From the NCBI GenBank assembly GCA_030390025.1, contig CM059431.1:115136001-115200000 (forward strand): 64,000 bases of DNA. The letters are read 5' to 3'. Below are positions 12,757-23,917 of this stretch, piece by piece. Numbering within the stretch: the first letter of the stretch is position 1; every line of letters starts with the position of its first letter. The DNA is from Squalus acanthias. Lineage: Eukaryota. Under the pieces are notes generated by a model. That model saw nothing but the letters and a program-made list of their open reading frames with translations. It made no database searches and had not been told where the DNA came from. The translations under genes were made by a program, and so were the position numbers.

Positions 12757-13440
12757 TGAGCATGCCTGTTCTCAAATGAGCTCTGAGGATTAAGTTTGCA
12801 AAGTACTACCATTTAATTTCCCTTCAGTAAATTGTGTATGTGGGACTACTGTTTAGCACCATGGTAGTTCCCCTTGTTGACTATGCATGGTATGTGTCTT
12901 CTCAAATCGAATCTGCTGCTCCTTCTAGGTATTGAGTATGCTGGCAGGTTGCTAAACCTAATGGAGAGCTGCACTGGGTGCTGGGTGCTGGGTCATAATA
13001 TTGCCCTCCAACTGCTGGCAGCCCTCTCATACTTCTCATACTGGCTGCCTGTCTCTACCTGCTATCTCAATCCTTAAGTGAGCTGGCTAAATTGGCCAGA
13101 AGTGGCAGCCTCCTAATCTGTGCCTCCTCCCAAGCAGGTAAGTGCACACAGGACAGCCCTTCTTATGCAATAGCCTGTCCACTTTGTCATCCATCAAAAA
13201 AGGGGTTGGGGGCAGTGAGGGTTCACCACTTGCTCACAGTTTCCATTTAGGTGTCCCACATTAGGTTTCCTTCCTTTGTTTTTACCTCTAAATTTTTCAT
13301 CCCATCCGGATTGCCCACCCATTATAGAACATGCCTGACTTTCATTCCATTGAAATTTGCTCTGCCAGGCTACCACCCAGGCAGTGAAGACAAAAATCTA
13401 ACCCTATATACTGGGACAGGAAACATGAAAATATAAACGT

Positions 13441-14005
13441 GGCCGAGAAATTGGATGGATTGAACCTGTTTTACAGGCATGAAATGGGCACCAAAGGGTC
13501 CACAACGGAAGTGCACCACCCACTATGTTGGTTAGGGCTCCTCCGTAGGTGTCCAGGCGCATGCCTGAAACAGGTGATAGGCCCTTTGCATATGCAAATA
13601 GGGGGCCTAACGCTTGTTTCAGGCCCCCACTGCGACTAACCGCAGCATGCACCATGCTTGCTGTGGTTAGTTTCTTCAGATGCTTAGTAGCCAAACTAGC
13701 AGGACCTAAAGGGACCTCTGAAGGATGCCTCCAGAAAGGTAAGTTTCAACTTTGATACTTATTGTGGAGCTCGGAAGAGCTGGAGAGGGGGTAGAGTTTC
13801 TGCTCGGTTTACCAGCGCAATTCGCCCGAAATCTGTCAAACCAGCATAAAAGATCGAGTAATCTCAAGGGCAGGTTATGTCCAGTGCAAATCATGTTTCC
13901 GCGATCTTTTACACTGGTGTAAAAAACATTGCACTAGATGCTGGCCCTGCCCATAAAACTGGCCACGCCCCAAATCAAATTAATCACCATGGCACCATTC
14001 AGAAT
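13441..14005. mobile_element. Harbinger-type MITE fragments; probable continuation at 17040-17605 after the CR1
   Basis: Start ggccgagaaattgg resembles the TIRs at 15841 and 50932. Shares gcatatgcaaatagggggcctaa with 54220-54240. Internal AAG|GTAAGT. Confidence 0.5.
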
Positions 14006-17000
14006 TTCTGAAGTGTTTCAGGAGAACTTTCTTAATCAGTACGTTTCTGGCCCAACGAGGAAGGAGGCATTGCTGGATCTGGTTCTGGGGAATCAGGTGG
14101 GTCAAGTGGAGCAAGTGTCAGTAGGGAAACATTTAGAGAACAGTGATCATAGTATCATAAGATTTAGATTAGCTATGGAAAAGGACAGGGAGCAAGCTAG
14201 AGTAAAAATACTTAATTGGAGGAAGGCAAATTTCAGTGGGTTGAGAACGGATCTGGCCCGGGTAAATTGGAATCAAAGATTGGCAGGCAAAACTGTAATC
14301 GAACAATGGGCTGCCTTTAAAGAGGAAATGGTTTGGGTACAGTCGAGGAACATTCCCATGAGGGGGAAAGGTAGGACAACTAAAGCCAGAGCTGCCTGGA
14401 TGATGAAATGGATAGAGAGTAAGATGAAACCGAAAAAGGGCGCGTACGACAGATGTCAGGTTGAGAATACAAGTGAGAACCAGGCTGAATATAGAAAGTT
14501 CAGAGGGGAAGCGAAAAAGAAAATAAGAGGGGAAAGAAAGAGTATGAGAATAGAGTGGCAGTTAACATAAAAGGGAATTCAAAAGTCTTCTGTAGGCATA
14601 TAAATAATAAATGGGTAGTAAGAGGAGGGGTGGGGCTGATTAGGGACCAAAAAGGAGACCTACGCATGGAGGCAGAGGGTATGGCTGAGGTATTAAATGA
14701 GTACTTTGCATCTGTCTTCACCAAGGAAGAAGATGCTGCCAAAGTCATAGTGAAAGAGGAGGTAGTGGAGTTACTGGATGAGATAAAAATTGATAAAGAG
14801 GAGGCTAGAAAGGCTAACTGAACTTAAAGTTGATAAGTCACCAGGACCGGGATGCTGAGGGAGATTAAGCCAAATTGCGGAGGTACTCGCCATAATCTTC
14901 CAATCCTCCTTAGATACGGGGGTGGTGCCAGAGGACTGGAGAATTGTAAATGTTACATCTTTGTTCAAAAAAGGGTGTAAGAATAAATCCAGCAACTACA
15001 GGCCAGTCTCGGTAATGGGGAAGCTTTTGGAAACGATAATCAGGGACAAAGTTAACAGTCACTTAGTCAAGTGTGGATTAATTAAGGAAAGCCAGCACGG
15101 ATTTGTTAAAGGCAAATCATGTTTAACTAAATTGATCGAGTTTTTTGATGAGGTAACAGAGAGGGTTGATGAGGGCAATGCGGTTGACGTGGTGTACATG
15201 GACTTCCAAAAGGCGTTTGATAAAATGCCACATAATAGGCTTACCAGCAAAGTTGAAGCCCATGGAATAAAAGGGACAGTGGCAGCACGGATACAAAATT
15301 TGCTAAGTGACAGGAAACAGAGATAAGTGGTGAACGGTTGTTTTTCGGACTGGAGGAAGGTATACAGTGGTGTTCCCCAGGGGTCGGTATTATGACCACT
15401 GCTTTTCTTGATATATATTAATGACTTGGACTTGGGAGTACAGTGCACAATTTCAAAATTTGCAGATGACACAAAACTTGGAAGTATAGTGAACAGTGAG
15501 GAGGAGAGTGATAGACTTCAAGAAGACAAAGACAGGCTGGTGAAATGGGCGGACACGTGGCAGATGAAATTTAACGCAGAAAAGTGCGAAGTGATACATT
15601 TTCGTAGGAAGAATGAGGAGAGGCAATATAAACTAAAGGGTACAACCCTAAAGGGGGTGCATAAACAGAGAGACCTGGGGGTATATGTTCACAAATCTTT
15701 AAAGGTGGCAGGGCAGGTTGAGAAAGCGGTTAAAAAAGCATATGGGATACTGGGCTTCATAAATAGAGGCATAGGGTACAAAAGCAAGGAAATTATGATG
15801 AACCTTTATAAAACACTGGTTCGGCCTCAACTGCAGTATCGGCCCAGAAATTCAGGTCCCCACGGGTGAGTACGCGCTGTGTACTCACCCGTAGGGCAAC
15901 CGGAAGTGCCGGTTTCGCGCATGCACGGGAAACCGGAACTTCCGGTCTCGTGAAGGAAGGGGTTCGCGGGTCAACTGCGTGCGCAGGAGAGGCAGCGCGT
16001 ACGCAGCGAACTTCGGCTTTTTTTACAGGTTTCCCCATGAGGGTTAGTCCCTAGCAGCTGCGCGGGGAAAAAGCAGGCACAAGGCCTGCTTTTAACAAGG
16101 TAAGTCGTGACTTAAGTAAAATTTAAAAAAAATTTCCACAGGTTTATTATTTTCAAATACTTCAAAGAAAGGTAAGTTTATTTTTAGCCCCGTTAAAAAC
16201 TGTAATTAATTTTTTCAAAAATTTAAATTATTGTCTTCCTGTCAAATCTATGAATGGAGATTCCCTGCTCCGATTGGCTCCCCATGGCCCACGTGATCCC
16301 AGGGGACGCTTCAAACTAACTGCACCGCTGGGATCCGTGAGCACTGCGCGCCGGCAGCTGGAGGAGGCCCAGGATCTGAATTCCACGCGGGCCCACAGCA
16401 CAATGGCAGGCGGAATATGTAAGTGCACCCGCTATGCTTGCACCCGCGGGAAGCCTCCGACCCGAATTTCTGGCCCATTGTGTCCAATTCTGGGCACCAC
16501 ACTTCAGGAAGGATGTGAAGGCCTAAGAGAGGGTGCAGAAAAGATTTACGAGAATGATTCCAGGGATGAGGGACTTTAGTTACGTGGATAGACTGGAGAA
16601 GCTGGGGTTGTTCTCCTTAGAGCAGAGAAGGTTGAGAGGAGAATTGATAGAGGTGTTCAAAATCATGAGTGGTCTAGACAGAGTAGATAGAGAGAAACTG
16701 TTCCCATTGGCGGAAGGGTCAGGAACCAGAGGACATGGATTCAAGGTGATTGGCAAAAGAACCAAAGGCGACGCGAGGAAAACTTCTTTATGCAGCGAAT
16801 GGTTAGGATCTGGAATGCACTGCCTGAGAGGGTGGTGGAGGCAGACTCAATCGTGGCTTTCAAAAGGGAATTAGATAAGTACCTGAGGGAAAAAAATTTG
16901 CAGGGCTACGGGGAAAGGGCGGGGGAGTGGGACTAGCTGAAGTGCTCTTGCAGAGAGCTGGCACGGGCTCAACGGGCTGAATGGCCTCCTTCTGTGCTGC

Positions 17001-17040
17001 AACCATTCTATGATTCTATGATTCTATTCCACGATTCTAT
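14005..17040 (+). mobile_element. CR1 LINE, 5'-truncated, decayed ORF2 (end of APE, RT, C-terminus, 3'UTR)
   Basis: ORFs 13938-14570, 14555-14821, 14922-15326, 15408-15869 and 16533-16874 carry PTRKEALLDLVL, YMDFQKAFDK and SKFADDTKL. (attctatg)n tail at 17005-17040. Interrupted by MITE 15841-16476. Confidence 0.95.
15841..16476. mobile_element. Young CpG-rich Harbinger-type MITE inserted in CR1
   Basis: TIRs GGCCCAGAAATTCAGG / GGGCCAGAAATTCGGG (14/16), with 3-bp flanks ATC/ATT. Splits the CR1 motif LQY|CVQFW. Confidence 0.9.
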
Positions 17041-17650
17041 GGTGAGTTTTCGCTAATTGTGCCTGTTTACAACCCTTCGAGGAGGCTCTTCAAATTAAGC
17101 TTTTTTTTTAGGTGCAAGGGCACTAGTAAAAGTTTGTAAAATGTTTTAAAATATTTAAATTTACTAAGAAACTGACTACTGTACACCAATGAGACTACTC
17201 AATTGTCCTGTATAGTTTTTATAAAGTAATTTTCAGTTATTTAAAATCAGGTTAATCACAGATGGTAGAGTAGACACTCTTATTAAAAATGCTTATATTT
17301 TGTGACAAACCCAATTTGAACTGTATTAGTAAAACTGCACCAGGTTACCACTCTTAAACATCAAGGAATATTTTTTAATGCAAGGGAAACAAAATAAACA
17401 ATTACGTTCTAAACCAGTGCCTGATTGTGCTGGTTCACGGAAGATTTTACGTTTGTTATTATGCAAATGAGTTGGAGTGGAAATTGAACCATAACTTCAC
17501 TTCGGAAAACTAGTGCAATTCGAGCGCAATTAGCACCCAGGTTACCGATTGCACCCCCCTCCCCCCTCCCCCTCCCCCCCGTTTGTAAATCGGAAAATAT
17601 CTTCTTAGTGAGGCCACAAGGTGGTTAGTGCAGGAATGGAAAAACATATT

Positions 17651-18421
17651 GGGCTGGATTTTCAATGACCCGTGGAGTCGGGTTTGGAGGCGTGTGGGGG
17701 GTTAAAGTTGCAGATTCGGGGGTCCCGACCCCATCCCGACTCCATTCCGCCTCCACGCAATTTTGACAAAATCGGTCACGGGGTTTCCGACTCCGTCCCG
17801 CCTCCAAGAGGCGGGAGAGGCCATTAAAGCCCTTAACAAGCCCTAAATTGGCTCTGTAATGCCATTTTGAAATGTTTTAGCTAGTTTAACCCTTTTCTGA
17901 CGTGAAGTACACCTGATGTGAAACACGCCAGTGAAACCTGGCGGGAGCACAAGTGGATAGCTGACTATCAGCTGCAGGTCCACTATTACAACGGAGATGT
18001 GATGAAGGTAGTAGTAGTATTGTGATGAAGGTAGTAGTAGTATTAGGTCTGAAAGTTGCCTCTGATGCTGCTGCATTGAATGTCTTCAGACTGCCTGGGA
18101 GGACTTGGTTGCAAAAAAATTCTCATTCTCTCTCTCTCTCTCTCTCTCTCTGAGATGAGCATTTTGCATCCAGGTCCTCTCACAGCAAAGGCCAGGCAAT
18201 CTCTGAGACCAGGCAGTCAGTCTCTGACCTGCAATGATGACATCATCAGAGGCGACTTTCAGACTGAAACCACTAATTGGCTCATGAGTTCCCACATGCT
18301 GGAACTCAATTGCCCAATTAAGTGAAAATTGCATCATTCATCCACATTAATCTGGAACGGGGGGGCAACACAAAATGCGGGTAACATGACCCCAACCCGA
18401 CCCCAAGACAAAATCCAGCCC
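17651..18421. mobile_element. Harbinger-type MITE, copy 1
   Basis: Perfect 12-bp TIR GGGCTGGATTTT...AAAATCCAGCCC. Flanks ATT/TTT. Internal (CT)n at 18128-18151. Confidence 0.85.
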
Positions 18422-18492
18422 TTTGAGTTTGGGATTGAGGCAAATTGTTGAAGCAGATTAGAGGAAGCTTTACTCTGTATCACTGACACTGT

Positions 18493-19345
18493 GGGCTGGA
18501 TTTTCAATGACCCGTGGAGTCGGGTTTGGAGGTGGGGGTGGGGGGGGGGAGTTAAAGTTGCAGATTCAGGGGTCCCGACCCCATCCCGACTCCAACCCGC
18601 CTCCATGCCAGTTTCTCTGGCGGCGGGTACCCGACCTGTTCTGAGACCCGACTCCCCGAGGCGGGAAGGGATTAGTGACAATTAACTGCCTGTTAACAGG
18701 TAGTTAACAGGCAGTTTTTTGCATAATCCCTATTTTAAAAAGAAAAGTGTGGGCTTCCCGACAGATGGCAACCACTCCAAGTTATCGGGGCGGGCCTGTG
18801 GGTCTGCAGGGGTTGGAGGGGTCGATATGTCTGGTGGGCAGGTGAGTGATGGGTGCATGTGTGCAGAGGTAAGTGTGTAAGGTAAGTGCAAAGTGTTGGA
18901 AAAAGTTTTACTTACCTTAACTTCCTCCTGCAGGTGTCAGCCCTTCAGTTCTCGGGAGTTAGAAATCTCACCGGCACAGAAAGCAGGAAAGCCGTGGTTC
19001 TGTCAAAAACTGCAGCCTTCTGTTTTCTGTGCTGGAATGATTTCTAACTCAGCCTGAGAGGAAGGACTGAAGTTAGAAATCATATTGTGAGTGTTTGACA
19101 GCTTCATAGAGCTGTCAAACGCTGATATTTCATCTGTCAAAAGCTCTTGACAGATGAAATGTCAGTCTGTGACATCACCTGTTGCCGGGTGGCCCTTAAT
19201 TGGCCTGCTGAGCCCACTGGGCGGGCTCAACAAGGTCAATCAAGGGAAAATACAGTGGGTTGGCCACATTTCGATGGAGGCGGGTTCACAAGCCAGAATG
19301 TGTGATTCCCGACCCCAACCCGACCCCACATTCAAAATCCAGCCC
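18493..19345. mobile_element. Harbinger-type MITE, copy 2
   Basis: Same 12-bp TIR, with 3-bp TSD TGT (18490-18492 / 19346-19348). Confidence 0.9.
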
Positions 19346-20202
19346 TGTAAGTTTCACTTGATCCATTAGAAGGGGTGGGCCTAATGGGACAAATGGCTCT
19401 TTTCACATTCCATAATCTCTTACTTACTGAATACGTCTGATGTCAATGGAAATACAAATCAGGAGATGCGTAAAATGGGCTTCTGACTCGCTATCACCTT
19501 TTTTACACTATCACACAAAGTCAAAATTTATCCGTCTATGTAAACTTGTCATGCTGTAATTGCACCATCCTGCCAGTGGTGGTGCTTCAGCTCCTTCATT
19601 AGTAAGAGGGTGTCATTATAGTTTAATAAGTTTATATTAACAGTTTCCATTATAAACGTGGGCATGGCGATAATTAATGGAAAACGTTGCCAGGATGTGT
19701 GCACAGACAGATTGTTAATATATTATGAATGATCTATATCTTATTTGAAAACAGCATTTTAATCTTGTTTTGTACACACTAATTGCTCAAAGTACAGAAG
19801 CTTCAGGGCGCCAACTGTCTGGAGGTAACTCTGTTGCTCCATTTCCTCGCCTTCCCCCCTTCCCAACATCTGCCTCATGAAAAGTCTCAACCTTCAGCAG
19901 TTCTCTGTTGAAAGAAGTCTAACAATTGTGAAAGTGTCTTGAATTTATTTTGATGCTGCCCAAAGATTAAATAATTTTTGGACATTTGTAATGAAAGTGA
20001 TACAGACTGTTCATTGGAATATCTCAACAAATGGGGCCTGTGCACTGCCTCCTGGGCATGCCATCAGCATCCCCATAGACCTAAACATGACCAAACTAAT
20101 GAAGCAACTGCTTTCTGGCACACACACACATTCTTGTAACATAGAAGGTGATGGAGAAACTTCCTTCTGAAATTATGTGGATTTGAGTCGCATAAGATAT
20201 GA

Positions 20203-20622
20203 TCTTCTTCTTAGGCAGTCCCTCGGAACCGAGGATGCCTTGCTTCCACGTTAAAAATGAGTTCTCAGGTGACTGATGAGTCCACTGCAGTTCTACAGTC
20301 TCTGTCACAGGTGGGGCAGACAGTGGTTGAAGGGCGGGGGGGGGGGGGGCGGTGGGGGTGGGGTGCTTGGGTTGACGTGCGCTCCTTCCGCTGTTTGCGC
20401 TTGGCTTCCGCTTGCTCCCGGCGAAGAGACTCGAGGTGTTCGGCGCCTTCCCGGATGCTTCTCCTCCACTTTGTGAGGTCTTGGGCCAGGGATTCCCAGG
20501 TGTCGGTGAGGATGTTGCACTTTTTCAAGGAGGCTTTGAGGGTGTCCTTGAAGCATTTCCTCTGCCCACCTGGGGCTCTATTGCCGTGTCGGAGCTCCGA
20601 GTAGAGCGCTTGTTTTGGGAGT
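20203..20622 (-). mobile_element. RTE-clade LINE 3' end
   Basis: LPKQALYSELRHGNRAPGGQRKCFKDTLKASLKKCNI..WESLAQD..KWR, a C-terminal CPTC motif, and a (GAA)n tail. Confidence 0.88.
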
Positions 20623-21577
20623 ACAATGTACAATGGGAAAGAATCATTGAAACTCTATGTGTATATATGTATCTTGATACTTTCAAAAGGTTAATCCCAT
20701 TATTAGACACAAGTGTGCTACCAACTTTAGTCACAATTCAGTGTGACAAGAGCAACTGGTGTCACTTTTCCATCGTCCTGCATTGAATCAACTTATTGCG
20801 GTAATACCACACTAACAGCCAGCAGTGCAGAACTCAAGTGCTGAAGTGTACTTCTTTTTGCATAACAACTGAAAACATTTTTGACAGTCAGGAAGCAGCT
20901 CATATAAAATAGTGCAAAGTATTAATGTGTCCTCGCAACTATAATAATCACTCTCAAAGTTGAATGAAATTAAATCATGTTATTTAACAGGTAAATATTC
21001 CCATATCAGTTGTTTAAACAGAACACACTGGGAAACAGAAAACGCTGGAAGTATGAAACAGGTCTGTCAGTAACTGTGAAAAGAAAAGACAGATTAATGA
21101 TTCAGGTTAAACCCATAATGTTAACTTATCTTTTCTCTTTACGCATGTTGACAGGCCTGCTGTGTATTTCCAGCAATTGCTGTTATGTTTAAAAATTTTC
21201 AGCATGTGCATTTTTCTTTTTTTTTCTTCTTATTTGTACAAAGTGGGAATACCCAGTTTCTTCTACTTGTGAGGAAGACTTTCATCGTGCAATCAAGACT
21301 TTATTATTTGTGAATCATTGGGTCTTTCTCAGTTGTGGAATAACACTGTTTAATCACTCAGTATTTTTACCATGAGTTCTGTCGGTGCTGTAGAAATAAC
21401 AAAGTGCATTCATGACATCTTTGGAATCTTTATTTATATTGACTGGGTGTCTGGGGTATCGAGGATCCATAAACAATTCTGTGCCTCATTTAGTTGAGAA
21501 TAGGAGCTCACCGAAATGCGGTGGGCAAGAATATCAATTTGTCCTTATTTTGGGACCAAACACAAGAATTGTGAATT

Positions 21578-22347
21578 AACAACAGAAAATGCTGGAAACA
21601 CTCAACAGGCCAGGTAGCATCTGTGGAGAGAGAAACAGAGTTAATGTTTCAGGTCTGGGAACTGGAGAAGGCTAGAGATGTAACAGATTTAAGCAGGTGC
21701 AGAGGCAGGGAAAGGGGGAGGGGAGGGGAGGGGACGAAGGAATATTCTGTGCTAGGATAGGAGGCAGGAGAGATAAAATGTTGCAAATGGAGATGGCAAA
21801 ATCATAAACAGCCTGACAAATGTGGGTAGGGGTTATAGTCTGAAATTGTTGAACTCAATGTTGAGTCCAGAAGACTGTAAAGTGCCTAATCGAAAGATGA
21901 GGTGCTGTTCCTCGAGCTTACGTTGAGCTTCATTGGAACAGTGTAAGAGGCCGAGGATAGAGAGATCAGAGTTGAGTGAAGCGGAGAATTAAAGTGATAG
22001 GCGACCGGAAGCTCGGGGTCACCCTTACGGACTGAACGGAGGTGTTCCGCAAAGCGGTCGCCCAATCTGCGTTTGGTCTCCCGAATGTAGAGGAGACCGC
22101 ATCGTGAGCAGCGAATACAGTATACTAAATTGCAAGAAGTACAAGTAAATCGCTGTTTTACCTGGAAGGGGTGTTTGGGGCCCTGGACAGTGGGAAGGGA
22201 GGAGGTAAAAGGGCAGGTGTTGCATCTCCTGCGCTTGCACGGGAAGGTGCCGTGGGGAGGGGAGGGGCTGTTGGGGGTGATTGAGGAGTGGACCAGGGAG
22301 TCGCAGAGGGAACGGTCTCAGATTTCCAGCATCCGCAGTATTTTGCT
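21578..22347 (-). mobile_element. Penelope-like element 3' fragment (GIY-YIG endonuclease plus terminal repeat)
   Basis: The - strand reads FQVKQRFTCTSCNLVYCIRCSRCGLLYIRETKRRLGDRFAEHLRSV. Terminal repeat as at 51471. Short inverted terminal piece atttccagcatccgcagtattttgct at 22322-22347. Confidence 0.88.
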
Positions 22348-22361
22348 ATTGTACAAGAATT

Positions 22362-23047
22362 TGTAAGGGGTTTTCTCCGATACTGGTCCCCCGTTACACA
22401 CAGTTCTTGGACGTCAGGATTTATAAGAACAAAATACACACGGCACAGGGTTTTGGCTCAACCTTTGATTTGTTCGTTTATTGAACACACACACACACAC
22501 AATTACTTCCCTGTATAAATCCCTACGATTTATATCAGGCTAACAACCCCAAAATACAAACCCCTATGCAAGGGTCATTTGCATCGACACAATATTACAC
22601 AGTTAAACGCGTCCACAATTTGACTGTTACATATAAAGTTACCCAGACTCAATCACAAAACCCTTATTGTGATCAGACTGAAACTCACAAACTTACTCAG
22701 ACTCAATCACAAAAGCCCCCTCTATGATTTGACTGAAACATACAATCACCACTCCTGATTGGCTGTCTCTTGGAGTTGATTGTAGGCTCGAATCTATCTG
22801 TTCGCTGTTCTGCCGTTGGCTTCCCACACCACTGTCTTCGAAGTGCTCTTACTTTAAACCAAAACCAACTTGCAGTATCCTGAGCATACGAGATTTGATT
22901 TGCAGTTTGTGCTGAGTTAGCTGATTCCAGCTGGGGCAGTAGGGACACTGTAATTAGTCTCAGCACCCGCAGCTCCTGATCACTTCGCAGTTACCCCAGT
23001 TGGAATTGCATGCTGGTTGAGTGCAGAACGGGCTTCGTTGTGATACC
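22362..23047 (-). mobile_element. Possible solo LTR
   Basis: Begins TGTAAGGGG. AATAAA on the - strand (~22478) and an imperfect ~55-bp tandem duplication (22643-22750). CpG-richer than its flanks. No TSD found. Confidence 0.35.
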
Positions 23048-23361
23048 TCTTCCTAACTGAGTCCTCTGATGCCAAGATCAATCTTATGGCTCTTCTCTGC
23101 ACCCTCTCCAGGGCTTGAATGCCTCCTTTCTGTCTCGGTGAGCAGAACTGGATAAAATGCTTAAGGCAATGTATAGATTAAGCATGCCTTCAATTGACTT
23201 GTATTCTACTGTCTTGGCTTTGGCTTGTATTCACTGTCAAGGCTCACATGTGAGTAGTGGCCACTTGGTATCAAAGGACTGCTAGAGGCCATAGAATTGT
23301 GATGAATTCGAAGAAATTTTATCTTGTTTCATCCTATGTTTTATAACTGTTAGAGTTTAAA

Positions 23362-23490
23362 TGATGCGGAGATGCCGGTGTTGGACTGGGGTGGACAAAA
23401 ATGAGAAGTCGCACAACACCAGGTTATAGTCCAACAGTTTTATTTGAAATCACGAGCTTTTGGAACACTGCTCCTTTGTCAGGTAAAGTC
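23362..23490 (-). repeat. Short Penelope-related repeat with decayed hammerhead core
   Basis: The - strand reads ttac-CTGACAA-aGGAGC agt GTTCC-AAAAGCTC-gtga, then aataaaactgttggactataacctggtgttgtgcgacttctc. A related fragment lies at 37445-37515. Confidence 0.65.
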
Positions 23491-23917
23491 AGTTAAAATG
23501 GAAGATGGTTTTCCTTACCAAAGTATAAAATTAAGGCTGGGACATGAGGGGAGGGGAAATTGGTCTTGGGCGGTGACGCAAAACAGGTGATGGCTAATCA
23601 ACAGCCCATTTTACACCCCACCTGATTCTCTTTTCCATTGAAGTCAACAAAATCAGCAACGTATAAAACGGACTGCCGATTCACTATCGCCTGCTTTGTG
23701 CTTCCGCCCAAAATCAATTTCACCCCCCGAGATGTCTTTAGGACCATGGCAGTTTGTTTAATTTGGAAATCAGTCAGAAGACAAGAGCTTTGTTCTAGAT
23801 TCTAATTAAGTTGAACATGACCAAGGTCTTTGGAAACCAGACAACACATCACCCTTATGCATTCTCTTAGTGACTGTCTTGTTTGTGCATTTGCCTATCC
23901 TACTGATGTCACAAAGT

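Noticed and set aside
22643..22750. CRISPR-like repeat/spacer pattern
   Set aside because: Only an imperfect two-unit duplication in eukaryotic repeat DNA, with no cas genes.
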